Source: Wickerhamiella versatilis
Lineage: Eukaryota
DNA length: 64,000 bases
NCBI GenBank assembly: GCA_030867685.1
Contig: JAQOWU010000003.1
Span: forward strand, 372,001-436,000
Direction of reading: 5' to 3'
A program made the translations under genes and the position numbers. This document shows positions 20,505 to 32,003 of this stretch, piece by piece. Numbering within the stretch: the first letter of the stretch is position 1; every line of letters begins with the position of its first letter. The notes under the pieces are model-generated. The model had not been told where the DNA came from, did no database searches, and was given only the letters and a program-made list of their open reading frames with translations.

Positions 20505-23500
20505 CTAAATAGGTTCATCACGAGGTTCAACGAGGATTTCATTTACGGAGACATGTTCTGGTTGGCGAAGAGCATAAACAATTGCATCAGCTACATTTTC
20601 TGGGTCTAGTATTTTTGCCCCCGAGCTTCCACCATATTGTTTGATTGCTTCTTCATCTGATGACATATTCAAAAGGTCTGTTGCACAGTTTCCTGGTTGA
20701 ATTGCAGTCACACGAAGTCCTTTGCCTGCAGTCTCAAGACGCAAAGACTGAAGAGTAGCTTCCACAAAAAACTTACTTGCAGAATAAACTCCCAGTCCCG
20801 GAAAAACCTTACGGCCGGCATCTGATGAAATTGCGACAAAATGGCCTTTTCCACGAGAAAGCATATCTGGTACGGACGATGCAATACTATGGAGAAGACC
20901 TTTGCAATTAACATCAACAGTCCGATCCCATTCTTCAGTAACATTGTTTTGCATAAGCGTGAAATACATTACGCCAGCACATGATACCACTATGTCGACA
21001 GGACCCAGCTGAGAAGTAGTGTTCACAAAAAGCCGATGAACTTGTAGAGGATCAGTAACATCAGTCTCTTGGATAAGGATACGGCCATTATGTATAGCAA
21101 TACGTCTCCGGACATCCTGAAGGGCGGAGGAACGTCTAGCTGCGATTGCAACATGGCAACCTTCTCTCGCAAGAGCAACAGCAACGGCTGCTCCAATACC
21201 ACTTGAGGCACCTGTGACAACAGCAACCTTCCCACTGAGAGGACCCTTTGAGTGGGAATACGCTGAGCCACCCAGAGCGGAGCACGCACTGGGGCCATGA
21301 GGAAGCCAGCCTCGGGCATACCAGTGCTTGGTATATGTTTCCAACAATACTTTACCAATTACAGGCCGACTAAGTTGCTGCAGGAAACAACTAGTCTTTG
21401 TATTTTTGAGAACTATCACTCCAGTTAGAAAGTCTACTGACGGCATGCCGGAGCGTAATACATCTAAGGTAAAAGCACCTTCACCTCCCCTTATGCCTGC
21501 ACGCGTTTCATTCCATTGGTGTACCCAAGCATCCCAAGAAAGATGTTCTGTTGGGTAACCCAGAGAAGATAATTCTCTGAAGACCGATCGCATGCTTGGC
21601 GGATCTGAATTGCCTAGATGAAAAACTGGCTGTTGAACAGTTAATGGATCATTTGCAAGATGAACAACGGCACTCGCAACAAAATCGACTGGAGTAATCT
21701 CAGCATACCAACCATCAACATCAGGAGCTTTCCCCATGTGGAGAGATTCAACCACAATTGCATTGAAAAGATCCCATGCATTAGATGCACCGCTTGAGCT
21801 GTGGCCGCAAATTGTACCAAGTCGGAATATGCGAAGTGGAATACCACGTCTGTAAGCTTCAGTGGCTAGCTGTTCAGCAACCCATTTGGTCTGACCATAC
21901 CCATCAGCAAGCTTTTCTGGGACCTCATCTACAGATAGCGAGTAGTCTTCAGGCCAGCCATCTTGAGAAGGGGGAAGAACACCATTCGTTGAGATATGAT
22001 GCACTGTAGACCCAGAAAGAGATGCTAATCGCAAAATTTCAGTTGTCCCACCTACATTAGCATCACGTAGCGCTGCGTAAGGGTACACCAAATTCACTGT
22101 CGCAGCTGCATGCACAATAACCTGGACACGTTCAACAAGCTCCGCGAAATCCTTTACAGATAAGCCAAGGTTTTTTTGAGAGATATTTCCAGGAAGAACC
22201 TCTATCCTATCCATAATAGAATCACGCCACAATCCCAAATCTAAGAGATGACGACGGATTCTAGCTACGCCACTCGGAATATCATTGTGCTCCGGAGTTT
22301 TGAACCTTACAAGACACACAATGTGTGCATTAGTTTTTTCCAGCAGCTCGTTCAGCAGAAATGCACCCAAAAATCCTGTAACTCCGGTTAGCAGGACAGT
22401 ATCTGCCTTATTGATGGGCTTGAAGCTGGTGTCTTCTCTAGGTGATATACTTGGATCCAGAGTACAGTCCTTCTTCAAAACAGAGACAAGGTCAGACTCC
22501 AATAATCCTGCATCACCATCCCTAAGTGCCCTAAGAGTACGCAAATGGCCAGGAATAGTTGCATCGTCTACAAGACGAGCTATCGGAACCTTGAACCCAA
22601 ATTCAGCATTCAACCGTGATGCAAGGTGAGCAAGTAGCAAAGAATGACCTCCAAGATCGAAGAAATTTACTTCTGTTGAGACTACGTGCCGTGGTACTTT
22701 CAGTGTGGACGCCCATATATCAGTGATAGTATCAACATTTATCGGGTCCCTGTCATTCTTCAGTGCCGGCTTTTTGTGGACCTCTGGTTCAACATCATCT
22801 GGCCTCTTGGGAAGTGGAAGACTCTTAAGATCAACTTTTCCAGAGACTGTATTAGTAGGAAGCTCAGGGAGCTCCATCCACAAAGTTGGAATCATGTACA
22901 GCGCAAGGTGAGGTGCAAGTACACGACGAGCCAGAGGACTGTAAGCAGAGTAAGAATCTATTTCAATCTTGGGGCGTTCTGCTGATGGTTTATTCTCATT
23001 GTCTGTCACAATGTAAGCGATAAGTTGCTTGTCTAAGCCGTCACCAACAGATGTCACAGCACAGTGACGTACCGCAAGATGCTCAATTATTGCACTCTCA
23101 ACTTTACCTGGAACAACAGAATATCCTCGAAGCTTTATCATGGCGCCGATACGACCGGTAATCTCTAACAATCCATTCTCAAGAATTCGAGCGACATCGC
23201 CTGTTCGATACATACGCGCACCTGGTGTGGCATCAAACGGATCAGAAACAAATGAAAGCGCTGTCGTTTCTGGTCTATTCAGGTAACCACGAGCGAGCAT
23301 TGGGCCACCAATATATAGTTCGCCAACAGTTCCGATTGGTGCTTTATGTCCTCTATTATCCAAAATGTATGTGTATCTTGGCTGAAGCGGGGGGCCTACG
23401 GGACAGTATTTCTCAGAAGAATCGAGCATTGATACCATTTCCCGAATATCACCACAGGCTATTTCATGAGTTTCACATGCACTGTAACAATTTAGCAAAC

Positions 23501-24383
23501 GTACTTTCGGCAATGCTTGCAATGCACGTCGCGCAAAATCCATAGTCACTACCTCCCCATTTAGCCATACACGCTTGAGATCAGGCAGCTCATTTGCAAG
23601 TCCGGTTGGATTCCGTGCCAGAATGGTGGCAAGTAGAGTAGGTGTGAACAGAGTTTCTGTCACCTTATGCTCACGAAGAAATTCGAGAAGAGCATCAGGG
23701 TCATATGATATCTCGTCAGGTACTGTAATGACAGTACCGCCGCGCAGCAACGGACGGATAATCTCCCAGATGAAAAACACATTGCATGCAACACGATCAC
23801 CAATATCAACATCACTAACAGTAAAGCGTAGATCATATGACAGCACAGGAGCTCTGTGGGGATTCGCAATGCCTTTAGGATGACCTGTTGTCCCTGAGGA
23901 GTAGGATACAAAGGACAGTCTGTCCAAATCGGTCTCAGCAGGAATGGGAGGAAGCTGAGGAACCCCCTGAACAGAAGTAGACCGCGATTCAGGTTCATCT
24001 AGCACCAACACAGGTATATCCTCTCTGATTTTTGAGGAATGCTCCTTAACTGTAACCACAGCCGTAGGGTTACTATCATCCAAAACATCAGAAAGCAATC
24101 GCGGAGGATAAGCAAGTTCAAGCTGCATAAATGCCCCACCAGCGTGTAAAATAGCTAGACATGCAATTACATAGTCTGCGCCCCGTCCAAGGTATACACC
24201 AACCTGACTGTCACGTCCCACACCTAGCCGTCTGAGCCTATGCCCCAACGACATGACTTTCAAATAGAGTTCAAAATACGTGTATCTGGTAGTATCATCC
24301 TCTAAGGCGAGCAAGTCTGGTGTTTCATTTACCTGCTGCACAAATAGTGCATTAAGATCCTTGCTCGTATCTATAATGGCCAT
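20505..24383 (-). CDS. ATRR: NRPS-like A-T-R1-R2 enzyme, glycine betaine reductase type
   Basis: Adenylation domain (YSSGTTGHPKG, YRTGD), carrier domain (FFDLGGHSL), thioester reductase (LLTGVTGFLG, GYGQTKWVAE) and C-terminal SDR (VTGASSGIG, YSASK, ...EPRDEPI). Confidence 0.9.
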   Translation of the reverse strand: MAIIDTSKDLNALFVQQVNETPDLLALEDDTTRYTYFELYLKVMSLGHRLRRLGVGRDSQVGVYLGRGADYVIACLAILHAGGAFMQLELAYPPRLLSDVLDDSNPTAVVTVKEHSSKIREDIPVLVLDEPESRSTSVQGVPQLPPIPAETDLDRLSFVSYSSGTTGHPKGIANPHRAPVLSYDLRFTVSDVDIGDRVACNVFFIWEIIRPLLRGGTVITVPDEISYDPDALLEFLREHKVTETLFTPTLLATILARNPTGLANELPDLKRVWLNGEVVTMDFARRALQALPKVRLLNCYSACETHEIACGDIREMVSMLDSSEKYCPVGPPLQPRYTYILDNRGHKAPIGTVGELYIGGPMLARGYLNRPETTALSFVSDPFDATPGARMYRTGDVARILENGLLEITGRIGAMIKLRGYSVVPGKVESAIIEHLAVRHCAVTSVGDGLDKQLIAYIVTDNENKPSAERPKIEIDSYSAYSPLARRVLAPHLALYMIPTLWMELPELPTNTVSGKVDLKSLPLPKRPDDVEPEVHKKPALKNDRDPINVDTITDIWASTLKVPRHVVSTEVNFFDLGGHSLLLAHLASRLNAEFGFKVPIARLVDDATIPGHLRTLRALRDGDAGLLESDLVSVLKKDCTLDPSISPREDTSFKPINKADTVLLTGVTGFLGAFLLNELLEKTNAHIVCLVRFKTPEHNDIPSGVARIRRHLLDLGLWRDSIMDRIEVLPGNISQKNLGLSVKDFAELVERVQVIVHAAATVNLVYPYAALRDANVGGTTEILRLASLSGSTVHHISTNGVLPPSQDGWPEDYSLSVDEVPEKLADGYGQTKWVAEQLATEAYRRGIPLRIFRLGTICGHSSSGASNAWDLFNAIVVESLHMGKAPDVDGWYAEITPVDFVASAVVHLANDPLTVQQPVFHLGNSDPPSMRSVFRELSSLGYPTEHLSWDAWVHQWNETRAGIRGGEGAFTLDVLRSGMPSVDFLTGVIVLKNTKTSCFLQQLSRPVIGKVLLETYTKHWYARGWLPHGPSACSALGGSAYSHSKGPLSGKVAVVTGASSGIGAAVAVALAREGCHVAIAARRSSALQDVRRRIAIHNGRILIQETDVTDPLQVHRLFVNTTSQLGPVDIVVSCAGVMYFTLMQNNVTEEWDRTVDVNCKGLLHSIASSVPDMLSRGKGHFVAISSDAGRKVFPGLGVYSASKFFVEATLQSLRLETAGKGLRVTAIQPGNCATDLLNMSSDEEAIKQYGGSSGAKILDPENVADAIVYALRQPEHVSVNEILVEPRDEPI

Positions 24384-25017
24384 TATGTAGCTTAATAAGA
24401 ACAGGAGGGGCGGTGGGCAATGTCCGGCATGAAGTATAACTATTGTGGCTTTAGCTACTCGAAAGCATTCTTTACAGATATACTTTCATCGATTTCTTGG
24501 TGATAGTAATTCATATGCCAGTACCATTGATATAGTATCACCATTGATATAACATAATCCGCCTCAATGGAGAGCTATTGTTGAACAATAAGGTAGCATG
24601 CGCTTCATTCGAATGGCGTTAAGTTAGTTGTTTGCACTTTTTCATGTATAAATTATTCACAACGTGTCTCGATACATACCATGGAATATAATCTTTTGGG
24701 GGTTTACAAGTCACATGCTGGATACTCGGCCTGGAAGGGAGTTCCTAAAACTTTGTTGCGAATTTATTCATTTCATAAACCAGTAATCAACCGTAAGTGC
24801 CATATTTGACAGAGGCAGAACTTGGATGTATCACTACTCCTTAACAGCCTATTCACATATTTCAGCCATATAGAGGTCACTAGAAAACTATTACGCACCA
24901 AGTGGCCCAATAATTCATCTTTTTTATCTCTTGCGAATTAATAAATAACATATTGACACTGCCAGGTCTGCCAGGTCTGCCAGATCTATCTGTTAGTAAG
25001 ACCGGTTTACTCAAATC

Positions 25018-25806
25018 ATGCCTGAAAAGTGGCAGAATGTGCCACCAACACCGCAGCCTATTATCAAACCAGGTGCAGTAGCTCAGATCCGAGGAATAAA
25101 CCTGTGGTATGCTGATAGCAAAGGAGATGGGGAGCCCATCGTTCTTCTTCACGGAGGTCTTGCTAATTCAGACTGTTGGGGACATCAAGTATCAGCTCTC
25201 CTCGACCATGGATTCCGAGTTATTCTAGTTGATAGCCGAGGACATGGTCGTAGCACCTTTGACCCCAGCGTGCCATTTGGCTATGAAGTCATGGCAGATG
25301 ATGTTATTGCATTGCTGGATTATTTAGCCTTACCTCGAGTGAACTTGCTTGGGTGGAGCGATGGCGGGATAATTGGCATAAACCTTGCCATGCGTCATCC
25401 AGAACGTCTGCGCCGCGTCGTGGCGTTCGGTGCTAATACTAATACTACAGGTCTCAAGTCAGATTTCACTTCAAACCCAACATGTGTAGAATATGCTGAC
25501 CGTTCCAAACGTGAATATGAACTGATCTCTCCTACACCTGATGGATTTGATAAGCTAGAAAGAGCGATTGAGTATATGTGGTCTAGTGAGCCTAACTATT
25601 CAGATACTGACTTGGCGCGGATCACAGAAACTCCGGTTTTGATATTTGACGGTGAGCATGACGAAGGAATCACCCTCGAGCATAACAAGTACATGGCTCA
25701 TGCTATTCCGACGGCCACAGAAGTAATTCTTCCAGAAACGTCACACTTTGCATTCCTTCAAGATCCTGTTGCTTTCAATAAAATAACGCTTGACTACTTG
25801 AAATAG
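25018..25806 (+). CDS. Alpha/beta hydrolase (Abhydrolase_1), bacterial-like
   Basis: LLHGGL, DSRGHGRS, GWSDGG nucleophile motif, DGEHDE and SHFA. Confidence 0.9.
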   Translation: MPEKWQNVPPTPQPIIKPGAVAQIRGINLWYADSKGDGEPIVLLHGGLANSDCWGHQVSALLDHGFRVILVDSRGHGRSTFDPSVPFGYEVMADDVIALLDYLALPRVNLLGWSDGGIIGINLAMRHPERLRRVVAFGANTNTTGLKSDFTSNPTCVEYADRSKREYELISPTPDGFDKLERAIEYMWSSEPNYSDTDLARITETPVLIFDGEHDEGITLEHNKYMAHAIPTATEVILPETSHFAFLQDPVAFNKITLDYLK

Positions 25807-26100
25807 AGCTGTACACACACTTCTCGAATTTTCTCGTTAACATTAGGAAATTATATACATGTCATGATTCACGTATCGTCAGCTGGCGTCAACAATGGTC
25901 AGTGTAAGGAATATTTCCCTTGGTGTCTATGAGTACATCCCCATACTCAATGGAAGAGGTTGGGCTTGCCAGATCTAACTGTGCCTAGAACAATAGATAT
26001 TGTATTTGACCTAAAGGTTATAAGGCTAAATTACCTAACATAAATTGGTAACATACTTAATTGAAGAAGATGATAGAGACAGAATATTATTCGAAAACCT

Positions 26101-27390
26101 TTATAGCGAACCATTAGCAATTTCACGGATAGTATTCTCAATTATATCCATTGCCTTATACTGCTCCATCTCCCTCTGGATCTCCTGGCTTCGCTTGCGA
26201 TATTTATCGTTTTCTAATATCTCTGCAACTCCCTTTCTTACCTGCTCAGCTGTAGGCTGGCCTGTTCCCAGATTAATACCGACACCCGCAATCGCAGAGC
26301 GTTCGGCGACTTCAGGCTTGTCCTCTGTGTCACCAGCCATTACCAGTGGTACGCCGTGGCTGATGCTCTGCTGGACACCACCATAACCCGCGTTGGTAAC
26401 AAATACCTTTGCTTGGGCAAGAATTGCGTCATATGGGAAATAGTCAACAATGCGAGCATTAGCCGGTACCTCATATGATTCAGGGAGCTTAGCACCGCGA
26501 CGACCGAGAATCACAAATACAAGAGTATCAGGAGAGTCCTTTAGCCCTTCTAAGGTGGGAATAATGAGGTGGTTATACTCAATGGCAAACGTTCCCTGGG
26601 TCACTGCTATGACATTTTTCGCTGAGAGCACATCGGACCACCATGAAGGAGGGACAAATTCAGAAATAGAAGAACGAGGAACACTGCCTGCAAAACGAAG
26701 CGTCGGCAAGGATTTGCTTCGGGGATACTCTAGAGAGGGCGGACATAACTGGAGGAATCTGTCGCATCCATGATATCCCTGCTCCCAGAGAAGCCTGGGT
26801 TCCTTCACCGCACCCAGCTCCTTACAGAGCTTCTTCTGACGGTCACCGGCCTTAGAGAATAACTCCTCAAGTGCTAAACTCACAATTTTTTCACGTTCAC
26901 GAATAACAGGGTCGGTGCTGTCGCTCGGTAAGGTTATCGGACCAATTCCGAGATTTATTAGACCAGCAGGCTTGAGTCCAGGTGCGCCTAGCGTCATTGG
27001 GTGAGTACCCATGAATAATGCCTCTGATAAAACAACGATCGGTTTTTTGTTCACTTCCAGCTCTTTCAGAGCATTTTGTAATGCTTTATATTGCTCAGGC
27101 ATAGGGGCTACGAGCAGCTCTTCCACATCGTACGCAGTACGCTCAAGACTCGGGGGGAGTTGTTCTCTGAGTGGGGCAACTTCCCCAAATGTTTCATCTC
27201 TATAGTTCGCCCGTCCCTCGAGTGGTATAAAAGAAGCACCAGTTGCATCTATCTTGTCCTGAAATCCCGTGCCGGTAATGACAGAAACTTCATATCCACG
27301 TGCTACCAAGCTCTTTATCACAGGAATTATGGGCATTAAATGCCCAGACATGGGCGCAACAGCCACAAGAACAATAGGCTTCTCGCTCAT
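26101..27390 (-). CDS. GT1 UDP-glucosyltransferase resembling sophorolipid glucosyltransferase II (UGTB1-like)
   Basis: EKP.......P..GH..P, PEQY.ALQ.ALK, HP.TLGAPGLKP, DRFLQLCPPSLE, PSWW.DVLSAK, VPANARIVDYFPYD and GYGG.Q.S.SHGVP. The blocks are collinear with Starmerella bombicola UGTB1 as recalled. Confidence 0.85.
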   Translation of the reverse strand: MSEKPIVLVAVAPMSGHLMPIIPVIKSLVARGYEVSVITGTGFQDKIDATGASFIPLEGRANYRDETFGEVAPLREQLPPSLERTAYDVEELLVAPMPEQYKALQNALKELEVNKKPIVVLSEALFMGTHPMTLGAPGLKPAGLINLGIGPITLPSDSTDPVIREREKIVSLALEELFSKAGDRQKKLCKELGAVKEPRLLWEQGYHGCDRFLQLCPPSLEYPRSKSLPTLRFAGSVPRSSISEFVPPSWWSDVLSAKNVIAVTQGTFAIEYNHLIIPTLEGLKDSPDTLVFVILGRRGAKLPESYEVPANARIVDYFPYDAILAQAKVFVTNAGYGGVQQSISHGVPLVMAGDTEDKPEVAERSAIAGVGINLGTGQPTAEQVRKGVAEILENDKYRKRSQEIQREMEQYKAMDIIENTIREIANGSL

Positions 27391-28570
27391 GGGGGTGCTA
27401 TACTATGTTACCTTACCACTATGATCTACATTCAACACAGTATTACCCACTATTACTAATACGATTTGCTGTATTGGATAATTCATTGAGCAACGGCACT
27501 CGTTGAGTCCCGACATGATCTGCACACGTTTCAGAGGCTGACTTATAAATATTACTGCAAGTGTCTAACGATTAGACTGGACCTTACTTTTTCTGTAACT
27601 GGTTCTGCGATACTTATATATTGGGTTTCTTCCCCTATCTTGATAGAATAATTGCAAGCTTAGGCACGCATTCTAGGATCTGCGCATTTTAGGTGCAGTC
27701 GATCCACTTTTGAGCCAAATCCAATAATATGATGACATTAGGCTGTCAAATCTTACGTTTTTGGCTGGAACACTGACATGGAAATGGTTAATATGATACT
27801 TATTAACGAATAGTGCATAAGGAAAAACATATCTGCCCTCTCAGCATACAGTCAGCAGCAGATTGAGCTCAACAGCTTATATCCATATAATATTTTTCAG
27901 GAGCAATACATTGAAGAATAGTATTTACAAATGTTGTGAAAGCTATATTTGTTTATCTATTGGGTTAAAGGGCTAAAGGCCTACGAACAGCATTACAACA
28001 TCTTCTTATACCAAAAGATACGTGAGGCAAATATCTGAACCGGTGGTTCTATTCATGCAGCTATATAGTGGAGCAGCCTATTTTCAAATCCCAAAACAAA
28101 AGCCAAGAAGCGCATCTCGATCCTCACCGTACAGTATGTGCGGATGTACCAAATGTTGTCCTATAGGCTCGTCATCAAGTAATGCATGTCTTATGCTGTA
28201 GTATCCATCATCCTTGGTTCCTTCAACAAAGGCGGTTCAGCCACAACGGCTGCCTAAGTTCATAACTATCGGATTGCCACTGCTCGTATTTTTTGACAAC
28301 GAATTCTTTTCACTGCTTTTCTAACTCTAGTACCTCACTACTCTCCTTTTGGAAGCACGTCAATTACCCTTTCCGTTGTCCGAACATTCAAGAATACACA
28401 TACGTGGTTTCAACGTCTTATTCAGATCGGATGGTCTATGCATGTCAGCAGCAACGGCCTCTGAATTTCCGAATCGATTGCCGTCGGAGATTGTAGTGTG
28501 GATCTGGGGAATTTAGATTATTTATAAAGCACTCTTCTGGCCGTGGTCCTATCTTATTAACAACAGAAAT

Positions 28571-29149
28571 ATGGCTGTTTCACTTCATCCATCAATTGAC
28601 AATGGCGTGGCTAAGGGTGCAAGCGACTTTGAGAAGGGCACTCTAAGCTGCTTGTGTTCTTCGGAGCCAGTTGAAGTTTCGGTTGGATCCCAAGTTGCTT
28701 TCAATCATGCCTGTGGCTGCACCAAGTGCTGGAAGCCTGAGGGAGCTGTTTTCTCCGTTGTTGGTGTAGTCCCTCGTGATAAGGTATCAGTAACTGCTAA
28801 CGGGGACAAGCTGAAGATCGTGGATGAATCGGCACCTATCCAGCGTCACGCTTGCAAGTCTTGCCATGCCCACTTATTTGGTCGTATTGAGAACAAGTCA
28901 CATGCCTTCTATGGCCTTGATTTCATTCACACCGAACTGTCTAAGGATAAGGGATGGGATGGCCCCGGTTTCGCAGCTTTTGTGTCGTCTATCATCGAAG
29001 GAGGCTTTCCTCCAGGAAAAATGGATGATGTCAGATCAACCTTGAAATCTAAGGGTCTCGAGCCATACGACTGCCTGAGCCCTCCGCTTATGGACATGTT
29101 GGCCACTCAAGCGGCAAAGTTGAAAGGGACTCTTAAGGAGAATCTGTAG
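28571..29149 (+). CDS. gfa: Glutathione-dependent formaldehyde-activating enzyme (S-(hydroxymethyl)glutathione synthase)
   Basis: [51 protein letters not shown] and [10 protein letters not shown]. Confidence 0.95.
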   Translation: MAVSLHPSIDNGVAKGASDFEKGTLSCLCSSEPVEVSVGSQVAFNHACGCTKCWKPEGAVFSVVGVVPRDKVSVTANGDKLKIVDESAPIQRHACKSCHAHLFGRIENKSHAFYGLDFIHTELSKDKGWDGPGFAAFVSSIIEGGFPPGKMDDVRSTLKSKGLEPYDCLSPPLMDMLATQAAKLKGTLKENL

Positions 29150-29390
29150 CTGAAAAACTAGTACACGTAGTTTGTAGCTCACAATATGAAATATAGGGAA
29201 TTTTGTTTTGCCTGAAAAGCCTAGCACCTCATGGCTTTACTTTACATCCTCATCCACATTGTATGTTGGAAAACAATTCATCCAGGTAGAAGCAAATTGA
29301 GTGCGATCGGAAAATGAATCCAATCTTTTAAACCATGCATGTACCTTAAAAACGTAAATTTAGGATAACAATACTCTTAAACTCGTTAAT

Positions 29391-30368
29391 TCATGAATTA
29401 GGGTATTTCATTCTTAAGACAACTGTTTCCCTATGGTCAGGATTATGTCTTGATGCAAATGCTCCCTCTACTTCCACCTCGTGTCTGACGGAAAAACACC
29501 TTGATCTGAAGTTAGGTGTCAATTCGTCGCCGAAAAAAATCATTCTATTGATTGCATTCGTTAAGTTAGAGTTATCAACTTTCCCCGTGGAATTATAAGT
29601 CAGAAAATAGTCAAGCCTTTCCGTAGTCATTCCTCGATGTTTATTTGCCGTCGCCTCAACTATTTCTTCAACAGAGATTCTTAGCCGATCAGACCCTTCT
29701 GATTCAGACAGGGTTTTTGAAGGGAATTTCTTCCAGACAGAGAATTTACATGCTTGCTGTTTCAAAGGTAACTCCTGAAATTCAATATCCACTTTATTGG
29801 CATAGCGTCCTTGAGGAACAGTGAGATTGGAGACAAGAGGATAGCCTTCACTGATCAATGATGAGATGCTTTCTCTAACTGCTTCACCAAGAGCAGCGAG
29901 GCTATCATGAGGATGGATTAGAGTGAATTGTTTTTCTCCACGAATGTCAGACTGAAATCTCCCTTCACGACGAACCACTACCTTGACATACCATTTTATA
30001 CCCCCTGCGTCTGTCTTGAAAGTTGGACAGTAAATATTATTAGACGTCGGGATCTTAAATTCAAATGGATAGAGATACCTACCAGGGGTAAGAACACTCG
30101 CACCCTGAGATCCGGTATCATCGAGGAGTGCAGGATGGCTTAAAGTTATGGTTTTTTCTCGCCTGACATCTTTACCACGATAACTGTAACCATCTCCGCT
30201 GGTTCCATCATATGATACTGTGACATATTCACGACAGCAAAGTTTTATCTCTATTAAACTTACCCTGGTACTGCTTGAGAGATTCAGCTGTGCCTTGCCG
30301 CATATTATATCACCATACTTATAGTGGCGATCAGGATCAATAATATTGACGGATGCCTTGCCCGACAT
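29391..30368 (-). CDS. Arrestin-fold protein (divergent alpha-arrestin-like)
   Basis: Y..GDII.G, L.PGRY.YPFEF.IP, PTF....GGIKWYVKVVV.R and P.F.S..FSV.H.VEV. Confidence 0.7.
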   Translation of the reverse strand: MSGKASVNIIDPDRHYKYGDIICGKAQLNLSSSTRVSLIEIKLCCREYVTVSYDGTSGDGYSYRGKDVRREKTITLSHPALLDDTGSQGASVLTPGRYLYPFEFKIPTSNNIYCPTFKTDAGGIKWYVKVVVRREGRFQSDIRGEKQFTLIHPHDSLAALGEAVRESISSLISEGYPLVSNLTVPQGRYANKVDIEFQELPLKQQACKFSVWKKFPSKTLSESEGSDRLRISVEEIVEATANKHRGMTTERLDYFLTYNSTGKVDNSNLTNAINRMIFFGDELTPNFRSRCFSVRHEVEVEGAFASRHNPDHRETVVLRMKYPNS

Positions 30369-30848
30369 AGAGCTTCAATTCGTGTTTTCTGACAAGAAAA
30401 AAACACTATTCACTTGAAGACACACCAAAGGGATAACAGTGACAAACACTGGGTCTATCGAGAATGATTACGAAGCTGCACGTGAACTTAGCTGATTATC
30501 GGCGCCAATTTTTCTTGTTTTTAGAACAGGAACTAGGATTCGATAGAGGCAGCTTGGTTACCAATTGAGGATTAATAGCTCATTCTTAGACTTCACTTCA
30601 GCTGCTCTAGGTCATGCCTTTAGAACCTTTTTCCACTATCAGTGTTTTGGCCATTTAATATGCCCTCATCCACTTACTTTCATTTTGATCTATCATCTTC
30701 GTCCGCTACATAGCTCTCCAGATACAGTTTGTACGTATGGCCTTATCTGGTGATCTCGGAAACAATTTCTCTGGGAGGAGATCATGGGTTAGGTTGACCA
30801 CCATTGATTAAAAAGAGCGGCCATTGCTAAATAAATTGGAGATCTGAT

Positions 30849-32003
30849 ATGGACATATTAAATATTCGTCACCTCTTATGCTACCTAGCACTAGTTCGTG
30901 CCGCGGTAGATCCTGTGTTGGACGCTAAGTGGGGAACCGATTGGCCTTTTAGCGGATTGACGACTTTTGCACATCTTCCCACAGTAAAATGTCTCGTGGA
31001 TCCAGAACAAGCATTTGATGCGGCCATCATTGGCGTTCCATTTGATACTGCTGTTTCATATCGTACTGGTGCTCGCTTTGGGCCAAGGGCCATAAGAGCA
31101 GCCAGCTCACGACAGACGAAACTTAGCGGCTTCAATATCAGGGCAGGTATAAATCCATACCAAAGCTGGGCAACAATTACAGACTGTATGGACATTCCAG
31201 TCACGCCAATGAACAATGAACTCGCCCTTGAGCAAATGACAGCTGGGTTTTCTGAGTTACTGGAGCATCCCACGGCGCATCCAAAACTAGGTGGATCTAC
31301 TCCAAAACTGGTGGCATTAGGGGGAGACCATTCCATAGTTCTTCCTCACTTACGTGCATTGAGAAAAAAATACGGACAGCCGATAAGTGTCATTCACTTT
31401 GACGCACATCTCGATACATATAACCCCACCAAGTACGCCAGTGGTCCCCAAGACTCAGTCGGGAGCGGCGTCGCCGAATTCACACATGGAACTATGTTTT
31501 GGATGGCAGCCCAGGAGGGCCTTCTGAGCGATACATGTATTCATGCTGGCCTTCGATCCCGGATTGGTGGAATCGATTATAGTGACTACCTTGACGATTC
31601 AAAGCAGGGGTTCGCTCGAATAAGTTGCGATGATATAGATGAAATTGGTGTCAAGGGAATAGTCCAGGTGATCAAGAACCGAATCCCCAAAGGGGCTCCC
31701 GTCTATATTAGTGTCGATATTGATGTTATTGACCCGAGTGCTGCTCCAGGAACCGGGACTCCGGAAGTTGGAGGATGGAGCACCAGGGAGCTGATTGGTA
31801 TGCTCAGGAGGCTTACTGGCTTGAATATAGTGGGGGCAGATGTTGTCGAAGTTGCACCATCATATGACCAGGCTGAAATAACAGCTTGGGCGGGAGCACA
31901 GGTGGCCTATGAGCTTCTCACCTCTATTGTGATGGAGAAGAGTCCCGGTGGAGTGAAATCAGATCCGTCGAAAAATATACATGTAAATCATAATGAGCTC
32001 TAG
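30849..32003 (+). CDS. Ureohydrolase (agmatinase/guanidinobutyrase-like), signal peptide and C-terminal HNEL
   Basis: [48 protein letters not shown] and DVVEV.P Mn-binding motifs. Confidence 0.93.
   Translation: MDILNIRHLLCYLALVRAAVDPVLDAKWGTDWPFSGLTTFAHLPTVKCLVDPEQAFDAAIIGVPFDTAVSYRTGARFGPRAIRAASSRQTKLSGFNIRAGINPYQSWATITDCMDIPVTPMNNELALEQMTAGFSELLEHPTAHPKLGGSTPKLVALGGDHSIVLPHLRALRKKYGQPISVIHFDAHLDTYNPTKYASGPQDSVGSGVAEFTHGTMFWMAAQEGLLSDTCIHAGLRSRIGGIDYSDYLDDSKQGFARISCDDIDEIGVKGIVQVIKNRIPKGAPVYISVDIDVIDPSAAPGTGTPEVGGWSTRELIGMLRRLTGLNIVGADVVEVAPSYDQAEITAWAGAQVAYELLTSIVMEKSPGGVKSDPSKNIHVNHNEL

Noticed and set aside
20505-24383. LYS2 alpha-aminoadipate reductase
   Set aside because: It lacks the Lys2 N-terminal extension and has an extra C-terminal SDR domain, matching ATRR.
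24523-24551. 12-bp direct repeat ACCATTGATATA (24523, 24540) in the ATRR promoter
   Set aside because: A single short duplication that I did not see in other promoters; no function can be supported.
18829-29149. A unified betaine/sarcosine/formaldehyde pathway linking the oxidase, ATRR and Gfa
   Set aside because: The oxidase motifs fit amadoriase rather than sarcosine oxidase, ATRR makes choline rather than demethylating betaine, and unrelated genes intervene.
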